In this document: positions 10,042 to 18,061 of the stretch, one piece after another | Position numbering within the stretch: the first letter of the stretch is position 1 | Layout of the letters: every line of letters starts with the position of its first letter | Origin: Verrucomicrobiales bacterium | Lineage (GTDB): Bacteria > Verrucomicrobiota > Verrucomicrobiia > Limisphaerales > UBA1096 | Length of the DNA: 56,170 nt | NCBI GenBank assembly: GCA_002684915.1 | Contig: NYWG01000003.1 | Location: 41,965 to 98,134 of the forward strand | Direction of reading: 5' to 3' | Notes under the pieces: model-generated | What the model saw: only the letters and a program-made list of their open reading frames with translations | Databases searched by the model: none | Told to the model about the DNA's origin: nothing | Position numbers and translations under genes: made by a program

Positions 10042-10781
10042 AGGCCGTCATACTCGCAGCCGGAAAAGGTACGCGCATGGGGACTCTAACTGAGGAGTTA
10101 CCTAAGCCGATGCTACCTGTCCAAGGGATGCCAATACTTGAACATATAATTACAGGTATAGCTGCACAGGGCGTGCGTGAATTTTGTATTATTGTTGGTT
10201 GGAAGGCAGAGGTTATTCGAAAACATTTTGGAGACGGATCATCACTGGGACTTAAAATTAACTATGTCATTCAAAATATACAGGATGGGACAGGTAAAGC
10301 ACCAGAACTAGCCAAAAACTTTGTCGGAAGCGATCCCTTCCTTTTGACCTACGGAGACATACTTGTCCGTCCTGAAACATACAAAAAGATGTTAGCACGT
10401 TTTGCAGAAGATGATTTCTCAGGTCTAATCACCGTAACTCCAGGGGAAGACGTTCGAAAAGGTGGTATCAATTTTTTTAATAATGCTTTTTGTCTAAAAA
10501 AAATTATTGAGAAACCCAATGATGAAGAACTGAATCAGCTCAAAGTCGATGGATGGCTAAAGGATGGAGAACCGATATGGTATAATGCTGGTATTTATAT
10601 TTTTAAATCAGTCTTATTTGATCACACTGCAAAACTCAAAAAATCTTCTCGCGATGAATACGAACTGACCGATGCTATTGGAACTATGATTGACGCCAAT
10701 GAAACAATCGCTGGTAATAAAATTGAAGGCCGGTGGGTCGATGTAAGAGACCCTGATGTACTCAAATCCCTAAGTAAATAG
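10038..10781 (+). CDS. Sugar-phosphate nucleotidyltransferase (NTP_transferase family)
   Basis: KAVILAAGKGTRM...PKPML, YGD, IEKP, YELTD, WVDV. ATGA overlap with apgM. Confidence 0.9.
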   Translation: MKAVILAAGKGTRMGTLTEELPKPMLPVQGMPILEHIITGIAAQGVREFCIIVGWKAEVIRKHFGDGSSLGLKINYVIQNIQDGTGKAPELAKNFVGSDPFLLTYGDILVRPETYKKMLARFAEDDFSGLITVTPGEDVRKGGINFFNNAFCLKKIIEKPNDEELNQLKVDGWLKDGEPIWYNAGIYIFKSVLFDHTAKLKKSSRDEYELTDAIGTMIDANETIAGNKIEGRWVDVRDPDVLKSLSK

Positions 10782-10838
10782 AAAGATTAAACACACTACT
10801 TCTTCATCAAGAGACAAAGAGGGCTATCCCATTCAGAT

Positions 10839-12803
10839 TTAATCTTTACTCAATTGAAAACAGGCGATTTCACTGGGGCCTCGAAGATAAATCCGGTTGC
10901 CTACAATAGCTGGATGTGACATCGAATCAACCTTACCGTCTCCAAAAGGTCGCATTCGGCTAAGAGAACTAAACTTATTCGCGGCAGCATCGAGCAGTAA
11001 CAAATCCCCGCTCTGCGTCCATACCAATACTCGACCATTGCCACCGATCACATTTGAGTGATCATAAAAAATGTCATCTTCCTTCACCCAAACGGTTTTC
11101 AGATTATTCTTCAAGTCGAGACAGTACATCTCGCCGTAAGCAGTAGCAAAAACTCGATCACCTACTATTACTGGCGAACAAGTATCCGGCGCTAAGGCGG
11201 GATTGACTATCGCCGGCTCGTCGACAGGCTGACCATTTTTTGCAAACCGGTGCATCCTCGTGCCGTTATTCTCAGTAGCTAGCAATAGTTGACTACCGTA
11301 AATAAGCGGAGTTGTAACATTGAAGTCGGCCCCCTCGGTTGGCACGTGCTGCCAAAGTCGTTTACCTGTAGCCGGATCCCAACCGCCGAGACTGGCTGAA
11401 TCATAACCAACAATCTGCTGAAGCCCTCCAAACTCACCCTCGACAAATGCAGAATAGGCAGCCGCATGGCCGGATGACTTCCAGATCAGGCTCCCATTTT
11501 TTCGATCAAGTGCAACTAAAGAAGCGCTAGGAGCTCCCGGATTAATAATTAACTTTTCAGCAACGATCAATGGTGGAGCACTCGAACCCCATGGTAATAA
11601 CTTCCCTCCGTACTCTCGGTAATAATTCGTCTTCCACACTACCTCACCCGTTTCAATCCGAAGACAATGCAAATCACCAAGAGCCCCGAGTAGATAAACC
11701 AATCCGTCGTGAACAACCGGTGTCGCACGGGGCGAATTACTGTAGTCCATTTCCCTGTCAGCCTCATACTCCAATCGCCACACCTCGCTTCCATCAGTAA
11801 CATCAAGGCAACGAAATAAATCTTTTGTGCCCTCTCGATTTTTATCGGGAATAATTACCCATTTTTCAGTAACTGCTGGCCCGGCAACAGCTGGCCCAGT
11901 CAATTTGGTTGACCATATCTTTTTCAATGCTTTGGGTAGTTGCTTTGGCAGAGTTAAAGCTTGTCCACGTCGGTCCGGTCCACGCCAGTCCAGCCATCCC
12001 AAATGATCGGGTATTTTCACAAACCCCTTGGCCGACTCAAGTGCGATCAATAAATCCTTTCGCTTATCTAAGCCTGTGACCTCCTCCATCACCCGTTTGA
12101 CCAAAGCATCATCAGCAACGTTAGTTTGAAATAATCGCACTCCAGAGACCGGCGGTGTCTTTGATAATATGCGCACCGAACCCTCACTCAGTTTCTCACA
12201 TCCAACTAACAATGGGGGTAAATACTCAGGCACAACAGCCGAATCAACCTCACCATCTGTCAGCGCCAGCGCACCGGAGTCAACCGCACCTGCAACTTCA
12301 AGGCTGGCTGACTTTGCTAATTGTGCTTTTCGTAACGCAGCCTTTGCAGCTTGATGTGTCTCAGCTTCTTCCTCCGGACCAAGCATAACCTTACGGCCAG
12401 ATAAGTCAGAGAGTCGTCTTGCAGGATCTTTTGTACGAACTATAAACACTCCACGATGTGTCAAGGATCCGGTACGGTCAGTAAGAGCTGCAATCGGTGT
12501 GACTTGCAATTTGAGGCGTTTTGAATCGAAAGAAACCATTGCATCCTTGCCAATGATAAAATCTGGCGTAGCTCTTATACGCCTTAGCGCCAAATCAAGA
12601 CTCTCCTCAAATGTCAAATTAATCGAACGACCAAGAACTTTACTAAGGTGATCACCAAGCTTGTCGTAACGCCTTTGCCCAACTCCTTCAACACAGGAAC
12701 AAGATAACGGCAAAGACAACGGATCCATGACCACCAACTGCACCGGTTTTTCAGCTGCATGACTAAATGCAAACGTAAGAAAAAGTCCGACGTACCGAAT
12801 CAT
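10839..12803 (-). CDS. Secreted PhnD-like substrate-binding domain fused to a PQQ/BamB-like beta-propeller
   Basis: Signal peptide. N-half has LSCSCVEG and GVFIVR..DP...L.DL.GR.V (PhnD-like). C-half starts WLDWRGP with repeated G...W propeller blades. Confidence 0.75.
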   Translation of the reverse strand: MIRYVGLFLTFAFSHAAEKPVQLVVMDPLSLPLSCSCVEGVGQRRYDKLGDHLSKVLGRSINLTFEESLDLALRRIRATPDFIIGKDAMVSFDSKRLKLQVTPIAALTDRTGSLTHRGVFIVRTKDPARRLSDLSGRKVMLGPEEEAETHQAAKAALRKAQLAKSASLEVAGAVDSGALALTDGEVDSAVVPEYLPPLLVGCEKLSEGSVRILSKTPPVSGVRLFQTNVADDALVKRVMEEVTGLDKRKDLLIALESAKGFVKIPDHLGWLDWRGPDRRGQALTLPKQLPKALKKIWSTKLTGPAVAGPAVTEKWVIIPDKNREGTKDLFRCLDVTDGSEVWRLEYEADREMDYSNSPRATPVVHDGLVYLLGALGDLHCLRIETGEVVWKTNYYREYGGKLLPWGSSAPPLIVAEKLIINPGAPSASLVALDRKNGSLIWKSSGHAAAYSAFVEGEFGGLQQIVGYDSASLGGWDPATGKRLWQHVPTEGADFNVTTPLIYGSQLLLATENNGTRMHRFAKNGQPVDEPAIVNPALAPDTCSPVIVGDRVFATAYGEMYCLDLKNNLKTVWVKEDDIFYDHSNVIGGNGRVLVWTQSGDLLLLDAAANKFSSLSRMRPFGDGKVDSMSHPAIVGNRIYLRGPSEIACFQLSKD

Positions 12804-14362
12804 TTTTTCTTTGGCGCAAGAACGCGAATAAGATTGGCACGAACGTCCATTACATAAACACGGCTAGCGTCTTTGTTAACCTCAATCGGAATATAACATG
12901 TCTGTGCGGCAAGCTTCCCCCCACGATCAAATTCAGTAGTGTCTACATAACCCACTACACCGAGAAATTTACCATCGGGCGTATACTTCTTTATGCGACC
13001 AACCCCAGACTCAGCAGTGTAAAGAACATTGTCCGGCCCAATATCAATATTCACCGGATTACAGCAAGCGGCGAATCCCTCTATACCTGTACGATCCCGC
13101 TTCCCCCAACGACCAAGTTTTGTGCCGTCAAGTGAGAACCGATTGACGCGATGCCGTGAGTTCTCGGCTATGAGCAGCTCGCCGTTCATTACCTGCATAT
13201 CGATGTGACTACAACAGCCATACTGTTGCTCAATTATCTTTTTTGGGCTGGTTAGATCACGGTTGAATCGATAGATATCCTCAGTAGCACGCATGCTATT
13301 ACCAGTACCAACCGCAAGAAACACATGCCTATCGCTTACGAACAAACCGGCTGCCAGTGACTTCGAACCACTAATTTGGTCAAAGTCTGCCATCGCGAGC
13401 CGCTTGCCGTTTTTGTCATACGAAGCAATTTTGCCATGGCCGGCGACATACACAGTGCCATCTTCGCAGTTATGAATCATCTTGGGGTGTGGTCCATCAT
13501 CCGGCATCGGCCACTCGGCCTTTATAGAACCATTCGGGCTAACAATGCGGATGCTATAAGTATGACTGAATAGATCATCAACAGAAAGTGGTCCACGATT
13601 CCCCCTTTGCTCTGGACGATCACTACCCCGAGCAGACCTTTCCCTATCGCTCCGACCCCCTCGATCGGATCTTTCCCTGCCTGAACGACGACCCTCCACA
13701 CCTGAACGACGATTGCGAAATTGTTGACGAATTTCATCAGGCAACTCTCCCATTAGTTTCCTGCGATCCTCATATTCCATATCTCGCATTGCTTCAAAAA
13801 ACTGACGTGGCTCAACCTCACGAGCTAATTCGACAATTTCATCCGGGGTTCCAAATTCTAATATTCGATTAATCTCTGCCTGAGGCTTGTCACTGCTACG
13901 TGCCCTCCCACCAGATTGACGTTCAATATCTCGGCCAGAGGGACGAACTTCTGAATCGCTTAATTTACCATCCCCATCAGCATCAAGACTGACTAATGCC
14001 TTCTCAGCGTTCTTAATTTCCTCAGCCGAAATCTCGCCATCCTTGTTTTCATCGAGCGCAACAATAACCGGCAATGAACTTAATCCGCGACCGGAGCGAT
14101 TCGACCGACCACGTCGGCTCTGATCGGCATCACTACTAGGCTCCGCAAACTCCATCTTCCCTTCCCCCCATGAGATTCCGACAAGTAAGTCGTCATTATG
14201 GGTCATAGCTATAGTCTTAATGGTTATTGCATGACCACTTGAGTGTTTACCAAATTTAATCGGTTCAACCTCTGCATGTGTAGCTTCAGAATTAGTCTCG
14301 GTTTGCGCTTGACCAAGCGCAAAAACAAGCCAAAGCATATTCAACAAAGCAAATCGTTTCAT
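12800..14362 (-). CDS. Secreted EF-hand + NHL-type beta-propeller protein with CC motifs
   Basis: Signal peptide from ATG 14362, EF-hands DENKDGEISAEE and DADGDGKLSDSE, R/G-rich linkers, GCCSH and ACCNP motifs in NHL-like blades. Confidence 0.7.
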   Translation of the reverse strand: MKRFALLNMLWLVFALGQAQTETNSEATHAEVEPIKFGKHSSGHAITIKTIAMTHNDDLLVGISWGEGKMEFAEPSSDADQSRRGRSNRSGRGLSSLPVIVALDENKDGEISAEEIKNAEKALVSLDADGDGKLSDSEVRPSGRDIERQSGGRARSSDKPQAEINRILEFGTPDEIVELAREVEPRQFFEAMRDMEYEDRRKLMGELPDEIRQQFRNRRSGVEGRRSGRERSDRGGRSDRERSARGSDRPEQRGNRGPLSVDDLFSHTYSIRIVSPNGSIKAEWPMPDDGPHPKMIHNCEDGTVYVAGHGKIASYDKNGKRLAMADFDQISGSKSLAAGLFVSDRHVFLAVGTGNSMRATEDIYRFNRDLTSPKKIIEQQYGCCSHIDMQVMNGELLIAENSRHRVNRFSLDGTKLGRWGKRDRTGIEGFAACCNPVNIDIGPDNVLYTAESGVGRIKKYTPDGKFLGVVGYVDTTEFDRGGKLAAQTCYIPIEVNKDASRVYVMDVRANLIRVLAPKKK

Positions 14363-14369
14363 AAGAGGT

Positions 14370-15350
14370 TTACGCCAAATCAAATAACCGGAAGGATGCA
14401 ATAGTATGATCAAGAGCAATAACCTGCTCGCCAAGTAGAGCGACTTCAATGCCTCCGTTCTGACAAGTTACCAAATCGGCATCAGTATCCACTCGTTCAT
14501 GCTCTGAGATGTCAAACGCTTCGGGCTCGGCAATCACCGAACGGAGCTTCCCATCATTATCAAAGAGTTTAATACGAGGCTGGCCTCGCTCAGCAGTCAC
14601 GAACTGGCCACTTTCGGTAACTACCACACTCACTGGATTGCAGCAACCTGTGAAACCATCGAGACCGCGAGTACGCCTCCCCCAACGTAATTTCAATTCG
14701 CCATCTGCATCATACTTTTCAACCCGATGCCGACCAGGATGAGCCACAACTAGCGAATCATCAGCCCATGTAATAGGAAAAAACGACTTAGGCACGGCGA
14801 ACCGCCCTCCCTTGCCTCCAGCTAATCGTTCGATAATTTTGCCGTCACTATCTAACTTCCAAATTGCACCAACACCACCATCAGCCGCATAGATTGATCC
14901 GTCGCCAGCTATGGTCAAACTAGTCAAAGCAGCATCCTTGGCTAAGCGCTGGGTCTTGATCTTAGGTTTTCCCGCAAGATCACATAACCACAGCCGGTCA
15001 CGAAACCCAACAACCATCTCACTGCCTTCCACAGCAATACAGCGTGGTGTATAGTCAAAATCCACTCGGCGCACTAACTCTCCACTCGATTTAAATACAG
15101 CAACCGCTGAATCCCCAGCGACATAAATCAATCCATCAGCCACAGTCATGTCACGAGTCTGACCAAAACCCGTCGAAAACCAACCTCCCGGCTTTGGCCG
15201 AGCGTTTGAAGCGCTTGCCCCTGTTTGAACTGCCACCCCAATAGCAGCAATAGATTGAGCACTTCGGCCAAAAAACTGGCGACGCGAGGGTTTGGGCTGA
15301 CAACAGTCAGGAGAGCATTCGGAAGAAGTATTCGAGTGTTTTTTTGACAT
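14370..15350 (-). CDS. Tat-exported NHL-type beta-propeller protein with GCCNP motif
   Basis: CSPDCC precedes the twin-arginine SRRQFF and a hydrophobic region. NHL-like blades include HRVEKY..DG....WG and GFTGCCNP. Confidence 0.7.
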   Translation of the reverse strand: MSKKHSNTSSECSPDCCQPKPSRRQFFGRSAQSIAAIGVAVQTGASASNARPKPGGWFSTGFGQTRDMTVADGLIYVAGDSAVAVFKSSGELVRRVDFDYTPRCIAVEGSEMVVGFRDRLWLCDLAGKPKIKTQRLAKDAALTSLTIAGDGSIYAADGGVGAIWKLDSDGKIIERLAGGKGGRFAVPKSFFPITWADDSLVVAHPGRHRVEKYDADGELKLRWGRRTRGLDGFTGCCNPVSVVVTESGQFVTAERGQPRIKLFDNDGKLRSVIAEPEAFDISEHERVDTDADLVTCQNGGIEVALLGEQVIALDHTIASFRLFDLA

Positions 15351-15513
15351 TGGATCGTAATATATTCCAGCAGTTAAGTGAGACGATGTAATCGTGCAAA
15401 CAGTTACATAGAACGAGATAACCGAAATATTCACATGATTCTAGTATGAACGCAACAGTTGACAATCGGCCGCGTTCATTGTGGCATCGGGACTTAAACT
15501 TCTCTTAAGACTT

Positions 15514-16563
15514 ATGAAGAAATTCAATGTTGGCGTAATCGGTTATGGCTGGGTAGCTGGAGCACATATCGACTCAATTAATGGCACTACTCAAGGACAA
15601 GTCACGGCAGTATATTCCTCACGCAAACTGGATTCAGTTGAGCTCAGCACAAAACACGGCAGCGAAATAGAATGTCATACAAACCTTAAAAAAATGCTTA
15701 ATGATCCGATGATCGACGTGATCTCAATCTGCAGCTATCCACAACATCACACAAAACAGGTAATCGCAGCTGCAGAAGCCGGCAAGCACTTAATCATTGA
15801 AAAACCACTTGCACTTAACCTTAAAGACTTAAAGGCGATGCGGAGCACCTTAGTCAAAACAGGTGTGAAAGCGTGCGTTTGTTTTGAATGCCGCTACTCA
15901 AGTCAGTTCCTAGCCACCAAAGCGGTTATTGATCGAGGATTAATTGGAGAAATTCATTATGGAGAAATCGACTACTACCACGGCATTGGACCTTGGTACG
16001 GACAGTTTCGGTGGAACACAAAACGAAATGCCGGTGGAAGCAGCCTTCTATCCGCCGGATGTCATGCGCTAGACGCACTACTGCTTTGTATGGACGGAGA
16101 AGTAGATAGTGTAAGCAGTTATTCAACCGGATCCAAAAACAAAGACTTTAAAAAATACGAATATAACACAAGTAGTGTCACAATAGTAAAGTTTCAGGAC
16201 GGACGAATAGGGAAGACAGCCTCGATCATCGACTGTTTACAGCCTTATTATTTTCATACACATCTAGTCGGCAGTGAAGGAAGCATATTGGACAACAAAT
16301 TCCACTCTACAAAACTTGGGGGAACTAATAGCTTAGACAAAAATAAATGGAGCAAGCTTTCAATGAAACTACTGGATTCAGGCGATGTCAGCGACCACCC
16401 TTATCAGACTCAATTTGAGGTGTTCTTTAATGCATTAGCAAAAGGAAAAAAAATGCCTTTAACTGATTTCAACACTGCAGCCAGATCTCATGAAGTAATT
16501 TTTGCCGCTGATCTATCCGCCAAAAAAAATAAACCAATTAAACTCTCAACGTTACGTGCTTGA
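15514..16563 (+). CDS. Gfo/Idh/MocA family oxidoreductase
   Basis: VGVIGYGWV, AGKHLIIEKPLA, GG.SLL.AGCH.LD. TTGACA-N17-TGGCAT upstream. Confidence 0.92.
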   Translation: MKKFNVGVIGYGWVAGAHIDSINGTTQGQVTAVYSSRKLDSVELSTKHGSEIECHTNLKKMLNDPMIDVISICSYPQHHTKQVIAAAEAGKHLIIEKPLALNLKDLKAMRSTLVKTGVKACVCFECRYSSQFLATKAVIDRGLIGEIHYGEIDYYHGIGPWYGQFRWNTKRNAGGSSLLSAGCHALDALLLCMDGEVDSVSSYSTGSKNKDFKKYEYNTSSVTIVKFQDGRIGKTASIIDCLQPYYFHTHLVGSEGSILDNKFHSTKLGGTNSLDKNKWSKLSMKLLDSGDVSDHPYQTQFEVFFNALAKGKKMPLTDFNTAARSHEVIFAADLSAKKNKPIKLSTLRA

Positions 16564-17335
16564 ACCTGATGATAATTTAAGGAAGGTTGCAATCGCGATA
16601 GCTGCACACCCAGACGACATTGAATTTATGATGGCAGGAACTCTGTTGTTGCTCAATGAAGTCGGATGGGAAACGCATTATCTTAATATCTCCAGTGGCA
16701 ACTGTGGCAGTATAAATCTCGACTCGACACAAACCGAAACCAAGAGACTAGAAGAAGCCAAAAAGGCTGCAACCATACTTGGAGCGACATTTCATCCTCC
16801 ATTTTCAAGAGATCTTGAAATATTTTATGATTCCTCGCATCTACGTAAGTTGGCATCAGTTATTCGCCTTGTTAAGCCCACTATCGTATTAACTCATTCA
16901 CCTCAAGACTACATGGAGGACCATACCAACACATCGCGTCTTGCAGTCACTGCGGCGTTTTCACGAGGCATGCCTAATTTCGATGTCAAACCACCCCTTA
17001 AACCAATAAAAAATGAGATTGCCTTATATCACGCCATGCCACATGGATTAATGGATGGAATGTGCCAACCTGTGAAGCCTGATCTAGTTATTAACACAAC
17101 AAGTGTTTTTAAAACCAAAAAACAGGCACTCGCAGCACATCAAAGTCAAAAGGAATGGCTCGATATTAGCCAAGGTATGAATTCTTATTTAGAATCAATG
17201 GAATCAATATCACGAAATCTTGGTGAAATTACTGGAAGCACGCATGCCGAAGGTTGGAGACTCCATTCTCACCTAGGTTTTAGCTCTCGCAAAATTGATC
17301 CTCTTAGTAAAGCTCTTGGACTCCCAACAGTTTAA
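16556..17335 (+). CDS. PIG-L/LmbE family deacetylase
   Basis: AHPDDIE, R..EA..AA..LG, DY.EDH, H.SQ. GTG 16556 overlaps the upstream gene's end. Confidence 0.9.
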   Translation: MLEPDDNLRKVAIAIAAHPDDIEFMMAGTLLLLNEVGWETHYLNISSGNCGSINLDSTQTETKRLEEAKKAATILGATFHPPFSRDLEIFYDSSHLRKLASVIRLVKPTIVLTHSPQDYMEDHTNTSRLAVTAAFSRGMPNFDVKPPLKPIKNEIALYHAMPHGLMDGMCQPVKPDLVINTTSVFKTKKQALAAHQSQKEWLDISQGMNSYLESMESISRNLGEITGSTHAEGWRLHSHLGFSSRKIDPLSKALGLPTV

Positions 17336-17423
17336 AAACATTATTACTCAGTTTAAACCTACTAAATAATTGGCAGACTTTCTCAAGTCTTGGCCCTGAG
17401 CCACAGAACGTTAGACTGCCTCT

Positions 17424-18041
17424 GTGCTCAATACAGAATTAATCCCCGCCGAAGAAGCAAACTCAAAATGGCTGATGGTCGTGCTACATGGCCTAGGAGA
17501 CAGCATGGAAGGTTACCGTTGGCTTCCTAACATTATGAAAAACCCAAAACTAAATTACCTGCTTGTCGATGCTCCTGATAGTTATCATGGAGGTTTTTCA
17601 TGGTATGATATTTATAATGACCCCAGCCCTGGAATTGAACGAAGTCGACAATTAATTTTCAACTTAATGGATCAACAACGAAAAGCTGGATTTAATACTG
17701 AAAAAACTTTTTTGTTCGGTTTCTCTCAAGGCTGCCTAATGACGTTTGAAACAGGGCTACGCTATCCTTATCAATTTGCTGGTTTAGTAGGTATAAGTGG
17801 CTACGTACATGAACCAGAAAACCTAATTAAGGAAATATCTCCCCTTGCAAAAGAACAGAAATTTCTAATCACTCACGGAACAATAGATCCGCTTTTGCCA
17901 CTTGAAAAAACAAAGATACATATCGACCAATTGAGCGCCGAAGGTGTAAATATTAAATGGGAGGTATTTGAAAAAGAACACACAATCCAGGGAGAAGCAG
18001 AAATGAGAGTGGTTCGTAATTTTGTCAAAGAAAGCATGTAG
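17424..18041 (+). CDS. Phospholipase/carboxylesterase (alpha/beta hydrolase)
   Basis: LHGLGDS, GFSQG nucleophile elbow, HG..DPL, catalytic His in EHTI. Confidence 0.92.
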   Translation: MLNTELIPAEEANSKWLMVVLHGLGDSMEGYRWLPNIMKNPKLNYLLVDAPDSYHGGFSWYDIYNDPSPGIERSRQLIFNLMDQQRKAGFNTEKTFLFGFSQGCLMTFETGLRYPYQFAGLVGISGYVHEPENLIKEISPLAKEQKFLITHGTIDPLLPLEKTKIHIDQLSAEGVNIKWEVFEKEHTIQGEAEMRVVRNFVKESM

Positions 18042-18061
18042 ATTAGGATGAAAGAATAAAA

